Virus record (IMG/VR): IMGVR_UViG_3300045988_159430
Span: 1 to 15,643 of that record
DNA: 15,643 nucleotides
From: a virus
Reading direction: 5' to 3' (one strand)
The position numbers and the translations under genes are program-made. A model generated the notes under the pieces. It worked only from the letters and a program-made list of their open reading frames with translations. It ran no database searches and was not told where the DNA came from. Positions 1 through 7,056 of the stretch are shown here, piece by piece (position 1 is the first letter of the stretch; each line of letters opens with the position of its first letter).

Positions 1-1479
1 ACTCCAGTCATTGAAGAAAGTAATTGGTTTTTCATTTCCACTAGATGTTATCAAAGTAAATGGTTTCAAATATTCTGGAGATATTATAGTTTTAGAAGTA
101 TTAAATATAATACCATTAGATAGATAATTCTCAGCTACATTATTTAATAGAAACTCTACTCTATCAGTTTCTGGATATTTATAAGCCTTGCCAGCATAAA
201 CCATATCTCCTGCATAATCTAGATGATATTCAATAAAATCTGAACTGATTATCTCATTCCAAACATAATCTTTCCAAATAGGAGATATATCAGATTTAAC
301 AGATTGTGTAATATTAATAGATAAATTAATAATACTTGAACTATTCTTTATAACAGATACTCCAATAGTTGCTTTTCTGGAAGATAATCCTGAATTTTCT
401 GCAATGTTCAAACTAATAGTTGCTACACCTTGAGGATTCACAGTTATCTTCTGTCCACTAATCCAACCTACAGGAATGCTAAATACAACATCATCTAAGT
501 TGTTTGAGCCTGTACCAGTTATATTTAATGTAGATGCAGTTCAACTTACTTCATAATTAGTATTAGGAATCATTAAAGATGTTGCAGCTTGTTTAATTGG
601 AACTGTAGCTTCAAGAGTATAACCTCCAGAAGTTGTTGCAGTAACCATTGCACTAAACTCCAAATTATTAGTAGTTTTATTCTCTGGAACAGTTAATACA
701 AAATAGTTATCAACAATATCCTTTTTAATATTACTAGCTTGAGGGCAGGTGACATTAAATGAGGTAATTGTTTCTTCTGCTTTAGTTGTACTTAAATGGA
801 ATTCTTCAGTAACAAAAGCAGATGCTCCATAAGTTCCAGATGAAGGAGTTACTACTAGCTTTAAATCTTCTGGAGTATTACTTTTTTCAATTTTAAAGCC
901 GTAACTATAACTAATAAATTTATTAGTATCATAATAAGCTCCTAATTGGATAGTTCCAATTAAATCTGTATTTCATTGAGTATTAGCTCTTACTGTAAAT
1001 TTAAACTTAATAGAGCAAGAATCCCAATCCAGAACTTCCATATTAACTAAAGCTGTAGCATTAACAACTGCTGCATTTCATTTAATAATATCTGATCTAT
1101 TTAATATATACTCTACTGTATATTCTCCACCAGTATTTGGTACTTTAATGGTGCCATTAGCAGGATAATATCCAGGAGCTTTACTATGTAAATTAATTGG
1201 TAAATCTTCCTCTAATAAAGCAGTAGTAATGCCTCTAGGATAAAAATGAAATACAGTAGAAGAATCAGTAGTTATTGTTGTAGGAGATAAAAATTGTATT
1301 GTACATCCAGAAGTACTAGGCTCTTGTATAGTTACCTCTAAAGGCCCTTCTTCAGTATAATCATCTCCCCAAGCCCAATAATCATATTCTCCAGTAATTC
1401 CCCATCCAGGATTATTCCATTTAACAGGAAAACTCCTTGATGCGTTATATATTCCTAATTTACTTGGTATAAATGCCAT
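1..1479 (-). CDS. Large structural protein with Ig/BACON-like repeats (tail fibre or receptor-binding candidate); C-terminal end runs off the window
   Basis: ATG at 1477-1479. Track ORF 1078..1479 stops at TGA (tca 1078-1080), but I checked the same frame triplet by triplet to position 1 and found no TAA/TAG, only two more in-frame TGAs (973-975, 541-543). The read-through translation contains ...NYEVSWTASTLNITGTG...VGWISGQKITVNPQGVATISLNIAENSGLSSRKATIGVSV..., which resembles BACON/Ig-like repeats. Product call is by eye only. Confidence 0.8.
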
Positions 1480-1481
1480 TT

Positions 1482-1970
1482 TTAAAAGTTTTTAAATACA
1501 TAATAATCTACTTGTCCTTGAAGATCTTTAGTTATAGCATCATCAAGAAGCTCCATATAGTTATTTTCTATATATTCTATAGTATTTGATAATGGATGTT
1601 TACCTTGAATTCCTTGAAGATGTATCTTCCTCCCAATTAAATATGTAAGCTGATCTATTGTTGGTAACTTACCATTATAAGGTCTGGGAATAATTGGCTT
1701 AGTTTTAATCCAACTCTTTATATCATTAAGTGGAGGGAACTTACCAGAATGTCTGCCTTCTTCAACGTATTTCCAATAATCTAATAAACTAACATTAACT
1801 TCATAATCCCCATTTTGGGTCTCAACAATGTAATTTAAACTATTACCTAATAATCCAGTATCATCAGTCCTTGTTTGAACCAATTCCTGTCTATATAAAG
1901 AAATTATGAGTTCTCCTCAACGTCTTAATAACTCATTTAAATTTGGGAAATTTAGTTCTTGAATATTCAT
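1482..1970 (-). CDS. HK97 gp10-like head-tail / neck structural protein
   Basis: ATG 1968-1970, TAA 1482-1484, 162 aa. Track ORF 1482..1883 is started at a TTG and extends upstream through one in-frame TGA (1917-1919, ...LLRRWGELIISLYRQELVQTR...). The motif DTGLLGNSL...LDYWKYVEEGR resembles the HK97 gp10 family signature. Confidence 0.75.
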
Positions 1971-2013
1971 TTTTGTTAAAATATATTAATTTATAGGTTA
2001 GTATCTAAACACA

Positions 2014-2036
2014 AATAGGGAGACTTACTCCCTATT
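2014..2036 (-). terminator. GC-rich hairpin, candidate intrinsic terminator or leader hairpin next to cassette copy A
   Basis: 9-bp stem AATAGGGAG (2014-2022) / CTCCCTATT (2028-2036) with a 5-nt loop. On the minus strand it is followed by TGTGTTT. It lies between the gene ending at 2092 and the gene starting at 1970. Confidence 0.5.
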
Positions 2037-2040
2037 AAGT

Positions 2041-2089
2041 GTCAAGTTTTTTACTCAAATTTAGTAGTTAAAATAAATAAAAACTGACA
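2041..2089. repeat. 49-bp conserved intergenic cassette, copy A
   Basis: GTCAAGTTTTTTACTCAAATTTAGTAGTTAAAATAAATAAAAACTGACA. The first 28 nt are identical to copy B (7706-7754). The first 17 nt and last 15 nt are identical to copy C (15161-15209). The ends form an imperfect inverted repeat (GTCAAGTTTTT / AAAAACTGAC). Confidence 0.85.
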
Positions 2090-2091
2090 TT

Positions 2092-2876
2092 TTAATGTTT
2101 TCGTTTTCATTCTTCAATTTGTCTATTTTCTTCATTAGCTTTATCTATAACATAACAAATTGTATTTAAGAACTCTTTAATTTGCATATCATAAACTTGA
2201 TGCCAATTAAATTTAGTAACCTCACTTACTTTATCTATTCAGATAATTCAGCTTCATTTTTGAGTAAAAGGAGTAACCGTCTCATCTGTATCAGACTCCT
2301 TAGAATCTTTCTCCTTTCTAATTTGTTCTTTGTTTTCTTCAATTTCTTCTTCATCTCTCTTTCCGAAGAGTGAAGGGTACTCAGAGTTGATAGTCGCAAT
2401 AAGTTTACAAAAAAAAACATTATATCTGAAAATACATCAATTGTTAAATGATTATTCAAAAACTCTGCTTCATCCAAAGGATCATAATCTTCTCCATACT
2501 TCTTACCTTCTGGTAATAAAAAGCAAGCAGCTAGATTTGGCATATAATCATCATACTTCTTATAAAAATTCTGGAAGTCTATGTATTGACTTGCAGTCAT
2601 CTTATTAACATTAAAAAAGACTTTATATTCCCTGTCTCCAATAATATATTTAGTTTCTGGAGTTTTAGGTTTATATGTACTCTCTACAAATTTAAGATTG
2701 TTAATTAATTCTTGTAATTTATTCAGCTCCATATTTTGAATTTCTTCTAAAGAAATATCACTAAGTACAGATACCATAGCTAAATTCATATCTAATTCAT
2801 TTTCTCATTCTTTTCTAATTACATCCAATAGTTTTCTATAATGAGCTAAATTCATTTCATTCCAAGATTTTATCAT
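2092..2876 (-). CDS. Phage protein needing a -1 frame change at a T9 run (tail-assembly-chaperone-like G/GT architecture, or a homopolymer indel); about 261 aa if fused
   Basis: ATG 2874-2876 lies 1 nt after the terL TAG. In-frame TGA at 2805-2807 (...VIRKEWENELD...). Frame 0 is the track ORF 2235..2789 and ends at TAG 2235-2237. After the T9 run (2409-2417) frame 0 turns R/L-rich and uses rare codons. The -1 frame reads CKLIATINSEYPSLFGKRDEEEIEENKEQIRKEKDSK...FNWHQVYDMQIKEFLNTICYVIDKANEENRQIEEWKRKH, is open to TAA 2092-2094, and contains 4 in-frame TGAs (2254, 2248, 2239, 2107). That frame has no start codon of its own: a TAA lies 15 codons upstream of the T run. Confidence 0.6.
2409..2417 (-). 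promoter_or_regulatory. T9 homopolymer (A9 on the plus strand): candidate -1 ribosomal frameshift or transcriptional slippage site
   Basis: Minus strand reads ATG TTT TTT TTT GTA. Re-reading the last T gives TGT AAA CTT..., which is the frame with protein-like composition. A T10 run would fuse the two frames directly. Confidence 0.5.
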
Positions 2877-2877
2877 A

Positions 2878-4125
2878 CTATTTAAATTTAATATTATAAT
2901 GTCCTTTAGTTGTATTTAATGAGTCATAGGCTAGCATTAATGAAATTACTGTATCATCATTAAATCCAGATGGAGCATTATAACTAATATTTCCAGTTTT
3001 TGGATTATATGAAGCTTCATATAGTCTTAACTCATTTAAAAGTTTATCATCTTTTAATAATCCTATCTTTTCATTCTCCAAAGCAGCTTGAAGCTTATTA
3101 ACTATATCTGCCTTACTCTTATTAGTAGTTAAGAATCGTATAATCCTGATTTTCGGATTCTTCTGAACTAACATATCATAGAAGACACTACCAATTGAGT
3201 TTTGTTCAACTTGCACAATCTTTATAAATCCTTGATACTCAGTTAGTATATTTGTTAATAAATCAACTTGCTCTGTTGGAGTTTTATCGTTAAAATACTT
3301 TATAAAGACCATTTGCCCAGATTCATTTAAAGCAGTAACACAAGTATAGTCTTTACCACTCCCAGTAGCCCAGTCTATTCCTATATAAAGACTCTGATAA
3401 TCTGGTTTTTTCTCAATTATGCAATTAGCTATATTATTAAATAAACATCCATCATCATCTGCAAATTCCCCTAAGTATTCGGTTCTAAATTTATTTTTTG
3501 AGGTTGTAAGTCGATACATCTCTAACTTCTCTTTATCTAAAAGCATAGATGTATCTTCTAAAGCTCAATCAAATGATTTATAGAACTTGTCATATTTCGG
3601 ATCTAACCCTTTAGTAAAGCAGTCATAAAAGAAACCCTCTCGGAACCTTGGAGTACTAATAATTAATATTGGAGCAGACCACACATCAGTAGTAGGTTTA
3701 ATAATTTCAAATACTTCATCTTTTAAGTAAGCAGCCTCATCTAATACAAGTAATCCACTTACAGAGAATCCTCGTAACGAATCCATTTGTTCTCCAGATC
3801 TAAATAATATAGAACTGCCATTATTAAACTCTAATTCAAGCAAAGTTTCATTCTTACGTTTAAGAATATCTGCTTCAGCTATAGCATTAACTATTTCTTT
3901 AAACACTTTTCTTGATTGCCCAAGAGTAGGTTCTACTATACAATTGACTGTTTTTGGATAGTTAATTGCAAATCGTAATAATTCATTTTCAGCTAAGAAA
4001 GATTTACCTACTTGTCGTTTAGCTTTAATTGTAAATATCCTTCCAGATCTATAAGCATCTGCCATAGCTATATGAACCTTATATTGGTACATAAATGGCC
4101 TATATCCTTTATATATCCTTGTCAT
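2878..4125 (-). CDS. terL: Terminase large subunit
   Basis: Track ORFs 3565..4125 and 2878..3546 are in the same frame, joined by a single TGA (3565-3567): ...KFYKSFD-W-ALEDTSMLLDKEK.... The N-terminal ATPase has Walker A KAKRQVGKS and Walker B LLVLDEAA. The C-terminal RNaseH-like nuclease begins around LYIGIDWATGSGKDYT. 415 aa, ends at TAG 2878-2880. Confidence 0.9.
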
Positions 4126-4561
4126 TTATAATAGGATCTCCAAATTTAAATTGGCATTCATTATTTTGAATATTAACTTGAATTTCTGGTTGATTTAATC
4201 CAAACATAGAATTTATTGTTTTAATAACCTCAGTAGCAGATCTTACATCATTTTTACTAATAGCAATATCCAACAATGTTTCCAATCTTGTTAATTGTAT
4301 ATGTCTTAAATTCTTTATAAGATTATCGTTTTTATCTGCAATAATCTTATAAGCTTCTCTAATATATTTAGCAGCAGTAGTTTGCCCAACTCCATATTTA
4401 GTTTGAAGTTCCTCACTTACTTTATTTCTGGACCACCCTTTATTAAATAATCTTGCTGCATAAAGATATTTAGTTTTTTGTTCGTCTATTTGATCCTCTT
4501 TTACTTCTTCCTTTTTCGGTCTCCCTATTTTCTTCGGCAGTTCCTGATTCTTTACTTTCAT
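4109..4561 (-). CDS. terS: Terminase small subunit candidate (HTH-containing)
   Basis: 150-aa ORF immediately upstream of terL with a 17-nt overlap. Basic N-terminus followed by an HTH-like segment (YLYAARLFNKGWSRNKVSEELQTKYGVGQTTAAKYIREAYK). Ends at TAA. The call rests on position plus the HTH. Confidence 0.65.
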   Translation of the reverse strand: MKVKNQELPKKIGRPKKEEVKEDQIDEQKTKYLYAARLFNKGWSRNKVSEELQTKYGVGQTTAAKYIREAYKIIADKNDNLIKNLRHIQLTRLETLLDIAISKNDVRSATEVIKTINSMFGLNQPEIQVNIQNNECQFKFGDPIINDKDI

Positions 4562-4805
4562 TTTCCTTTAGTTTTTCTTGATATTCAAAATAGATTGGGG
4601 CAATCCTCTTTATAAGATTAAGTATACAAGTAGCACAAGCTACGCTCATTCTATATTCTTGTTCAATTAAATATTCATAAATCTCTTTAAGCTTAATTAC
4701 ATCCTGCTTTTGTACATTTCTGCAATAATTAGACTTAGTTGCAGTTACAAATCTATCTTCAAATCCTCTTAAATATTTAAACTGCTCTTCTGTTAATTGT
4801 TTCAT
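4470..4805 (-). CDS. Hypothetical protein
   Basis: 111-aa ORF, ATG 4803-4805, TAA 4470-4472. The last 92 nt overlap the terS start in a different frame. The N-terminal 80 aa look like a normal globular protein. No recognisable motif. Confidence 0.6.
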   Translation of the reverse strand: MKQLTEEQFKYLRGFEDRFVTATKSNYCRNVQKQDVIKLKEIYEYLIEQEYRMSVACATCILNLIKRIAPIYFEYQEKLKENESKESGTAEENRETEKGRSKRGSNRRTKN

Positions 4806-4807
4806 AA

Positions 4808-4882
4808 TTAGCGCTTTTTAGTATAAGTAAATATAGAAATTAACTTTCCATTCTTGTAGTGATAAATAACTTCTGTTTCCAT
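4808..4882 (-). CDS. Very small ORF (24 aa), uncertain
   Basis: ATG 4880-4882 lies 12 nt after the upstream stop. TAA 4808-4810 lies 2 nt before the next ATG (4805). Peptide METEVIYHYKNGKLISIFTYTKKR. Supported only by the tight spacing. Confidence 0.2.
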   Translation of the reverse strand: METEVIYHYKNGKLISIFTYTKKR

Positions 4883-4894
4883 AAAATATAATTT

Positions 4895-5224
4895 TTAATT
4901 AATAAGTTTGTATATAACATCTATCAGCTTAGTAGATGCATCTTTTAATAATATCATAATATCTTTAATAATTGGAGTCATAAATGCTAATAGTGCAATA
5001 TACCCAACCATTAAAATTGAAAATTGACTTGTAATAAGAATATATATTAATCCAATTCACCAAGTCATACATAAACTGCAATCTAAAGGTTTTAGTCTTC
5101 AATCTTCTTTATAAGGTATACCTTTAAATAGTCTTTTTCAAATACTGTGTTTAAAACTATCCAAAGCCCCAGATAAATCAATTATAAAGACTATTATTAC
5201 TGCTATTATAAATAATTCTAACAT
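4895..5224 (-). CDS. Small integral membrane protein (about 3 TM segments)
   Basis: Not in the ORF track because of 3 in-frame TGAs (5138-5140, 5099-5101, 5057-5059). ATG 5222-5224, TAA 4895-4897, 109 aa: MLELFIIAVIIVFIIDLSGALDSFKHSIWKRLFKGIPYKEDWRLKPLDCSLCMTWWIGLIYILITSQFSILMVGYIALLAFMTPIIKD.... The C-x2-C...WW membrane motif resembles DUF1360-type proteins (by eye). Confidence 0.7.
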
Positions 5225-5463
5225 AATCTCTCTCTTATTTGTTTAATAAATCTTTGAATTGTAGTATGACTAATTCCTAATATTCTTCCCACTTCTCTAT
5301 AACTGTGATATTCAGCATATAATATGATTACTGTCTTATCTGCCTTATTAAGCTCAAGTCATTTTGGATATATACTTAATAGTCTATCATCCATATTTGT
5401 AAACATACTATAGTCTATTTCATACTCAGTAAGTAAATCGTCAATATTAATCTTCCGTTTCAT
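5218..5463 (-). CDS. Sigma-70 region 4-like protein (C-terminal half of an ECF-type sigma factor, as a separate ORF)
   Basis: Not in the ORF track (in-frame TGA 5359-5361). ATG 5461-5463 is immediately preceded by an in-frame TAA. Ends at TAG 5218-5220, 81 aa: MKRKINIDDLLTEYEIDYSMFTNMDDRLLSIYPKWLELNKADKTVIILYAEYHSYREVGRILGISHTTIQRFIKQIRERLC. This matches the region 4 pattern L--L----r-v--L-----s--EIa--lgis--TV--r---a---L. Confidence 0.65.
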
Positions 5464-5755
5464 TTAATCAATCCTCCAATTCGTCATTTTGTTGTTCAAG
5501 TGGTTCTTTAACAATCTCATAATATTTCTTATAGGTATAGTAATATCTACTTGTTTTACTAAACCAATAATTCTTAAATAATCTTGTAATCCAAAATTTC
5601 AATTCATTTTTGCTATCAAGCTGATTTAATTTTGGATTTGAATACTCTAGTATTTCTACAAAAATCATTTGAACACAGTCATCATCTGCACCAAATTTTT
5701 GCTTAAGTTCCATAATAAATGGATAGTACTTTTCTACAATTTCGTTATTACTCAT
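5447..5755 (-). CDS. Sigma-70 region 2-like protein (N-terminal half of an ECF-type sigma factor, as a separate ORF)
   Basis: Track ORF 5468..5755 ends at TGA 5468-5470. Under TGA=Trp it extends 7 codons (WLNETED) to TAA 5447-5449. ...GADDDCVQMIFVEILEYSNPKLNQLDSKNELKFWITRLFKNYWFSKTSRYY... fits the ECF region 2 pattern (D-vQ--F--l ... -Wl--i--N-----R). Confidence 0.6.
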
Positions 5756-6242
5756 ATGTTCACATATATCCTCCTGCTGTTTTTCGCTGCCCTTTAAGAA
5801 CCTTTACAATATTTCTAGATTGTATATTTAGTTCTCTCTCAGCATCTATTGCTGAATCCCATCTTTTAATAACTATTCCATTTAGTAATTGCAGTATTGG
5901 TTTCTTATGACTATATCCAGCTCGCAGATTATGAGTTCCATAATTATTATTATAATTATAAGTACACCATTCTAAATTACTTACATTATTATTTGATTTA
6001 TTTTCATCCTTATGATTTATACAAGGATAGTTATTCGGATTAGATATAAAAGTTTCAGCTACTAATCTATGTATATAACACTTCTTTTTCAAATTTTTAT
6101 TATATAATGTTACTGTAAAGTACCCATTAGTTTTTACTTGAGGTTTTAACCTCTTTGGAACTGATGCTCTTAAACTTCATATTGAGCCATCAGTTCCAAT
6201 TTGGTAGTTTTCAAAATTAAGTATTCTTTTATAGGCTATCAT
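5748..6242 (-). CDS. HNH homing endonuclease (NUMOD4-like N-terminus, HNH core, IENR1/NUMOD1-like C-terminal HTH)
   Basis: Track ORF 5760..6092 is TTG-started and TGA-ended. The same frame extends upstream through TGA 6177-6179 to ATG 6240-6242 (MIAYKRILNFENYQIGTDGSIWSLRASVPKRLKPQVKTNGYFTVTLYNKN...). It extends downstream through TGA 5760-5762 to TAA 5748-5750 (...RKTAGGYM-W-TYE). HNH core: HRLVAETFISNPNNYPCINHKDENKSNNNVSNLEWCT. Confidence 0.9.
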
Positions 6243-6666
6243 TTGCTATATAATTACTAAATTCTGTATTTACATCTATCTTAATGGCTTTCTTTAAAGA
6301 CAACTCTGTTTTTAATGAATAGCCATAAGTTCCTCCAAAATCTGTTGTAGAACAACCATATTTCATAGAATCCTTTATAAAGGCTTGTTTTATATCTTTA
6401 AATATATATACTCCATCATCAAATATTATTACTAATATAGAATTATTTCTTGATAGCATATCAAATTTATCCCTATTAATAATAGTGGTTGGATATTTAT
6501 TAGAATTAAATCTTCTCCTTTTAACTTCAATTATATAATCAATTCCATTCCAATTAAATGTTCCATCATATCTGGAGTAATCGTCTTTACATCATTCTAT
6601 GTCTATATTAAATTTCTCTTTAAATAGATTCTTTGTAAAGACTAAGCTTCTTATATCTGTTTTCAT
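6229..6666 (-). CDS. Hypothetical protein, possible PD-(D/E)XK-fold nuclease
   Basis: Track ORF 6229..6459 extends upstream in frame through TGA 6592-6594 to ATG 6664-6666, which forms a TAATG overlap with the upstream gene. 145 aa. ...SRYDGTFNWNGIDYIIEVKRRR... gives a D-x14-E-x-K arrangement. The function call is weak. Confidence 0.6.
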
Positions 6667-6905
6667 TATTTTATATTATTAATTTTAAGTGTTAAATCAC
6701 AATATTCTTCATATAAATTAGATACTTCTTCACTTGCTGGATTAATCCACATTACTGAATCTAATTTATGTTTTAATTCTGCTCTTTCTAATCTTAATTC
6801 AAATGTTTTATGTTGTCTTTCCTGATAGACTTCATTTACTCTAAAACCTGCAACAATTGAAGATGCAATTAAAAGACCAACTAAAATTTTATTTATTTTT
6901 TTCAT
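6666..6905 (-). CDS. Small protein with an N-terminal signal-anchor/TM segment; first gene of the leftward operon
   Basis: 79-aa ORF, ATG 6903-6905, TAA 6666-6668. N-terminus MKKINKILVGLLIASSIVAGF. It sits about 40 nt downstream of a consensus promoter. Confidence 0.7.
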   Translation of the reverse strand: MKKINKILVGLLIASSIVAGFRVNEVYQERQHKTFELRLERAELKHKLDSVMWINPASEEVSNLYEEYCDLTLKINNIK

Positions 6906-6942
6906 AATTTTATTATTTATAAGTTAATACTTGTTTATTATT

Positions 6943-7000
6943 GTACTACAAAGATAATACATTTTTATTCAATTTCCAAATTTTTTAGGTATTATTTTTA
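6943..7000 (-). repeat. Left arm of a 58-bp inverted repeat (promoter duplication)
   Basis: The reverse complement TAAAAATAATACCTAAAAAATTTGGAAATTGAATAAAAATGTATTATCTTTGTAGTAC aligns without gaps to 7590-7647, with about 48 of 58 identical. The last 17 nt are nearly perfect. Confidence 0.8.
6949..6980 (-). promoter_or_regulatory. Bacteroidota-type promoter driving the leftward operon
   Basis: Minus strand: TTTG (6980-6977), a 20-nt spacer, then TATCTTTG (6956-6949). This matches the Bacteroides -33 TTTG / -7 TAnnTTTG consensus. Confidence 0.6.
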
Positions 7001-7056
7001 TTATTTTCAAAAAAATATTACTATTTGTATTTTTATTATATATTAATAAAAACAAT

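Noticed and set aside
2041-2089. The 49-bp cassette as an ordinary host-type promoter on the minus strand (TAAATTTG in copies A and B)
   Set aside because: No TTTG lies at 19-21 nt (24 nt in B, absent in A). The TAnnTTTG element is not conserved in copy C, whereas other parts of the cassette are invariant.
2235-2408. Frame-0 C-terminal tail of track ORF 2235..2789 (VNLLRLSTLSTLHSS...LLLLLKNEAELSE) as the genuine C-terminus
   Set aside because: Its composition and codon usage are atypical for this genome, while the -1 frame over the same nucleotides is protein-like. At most it is the minor short product of a frameshift pair.
2182-2608. Plus-strand track ORFs 2182..2373 and 2330..2608
   Set aside because: They are antisense to a well-supported minus-strand gene. 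The translations are low-complexity and F/L/S-rich, as expected for the reverse strand of AT-rich coding DNA. There are no start-context or neighbour-spacing signals.
5447-5470. Programmed +1 frameshift fusing the sigma region 2 and region 4 ORFs (prfB-like, at the TGA)
   Set aside because: The +1 frame has a TAA directly after the TGA position and immediately before the region 4 ATG. Shifting at the TGA would therefore terminate at once. Two separate polypeptides is the simpler reading.
5719-5910. Plus-strand track ORF 5719..5910
   Set aside because: It is antisense to the HNH endonuclease and sigma region 2 genes. The composition is not protein-like.
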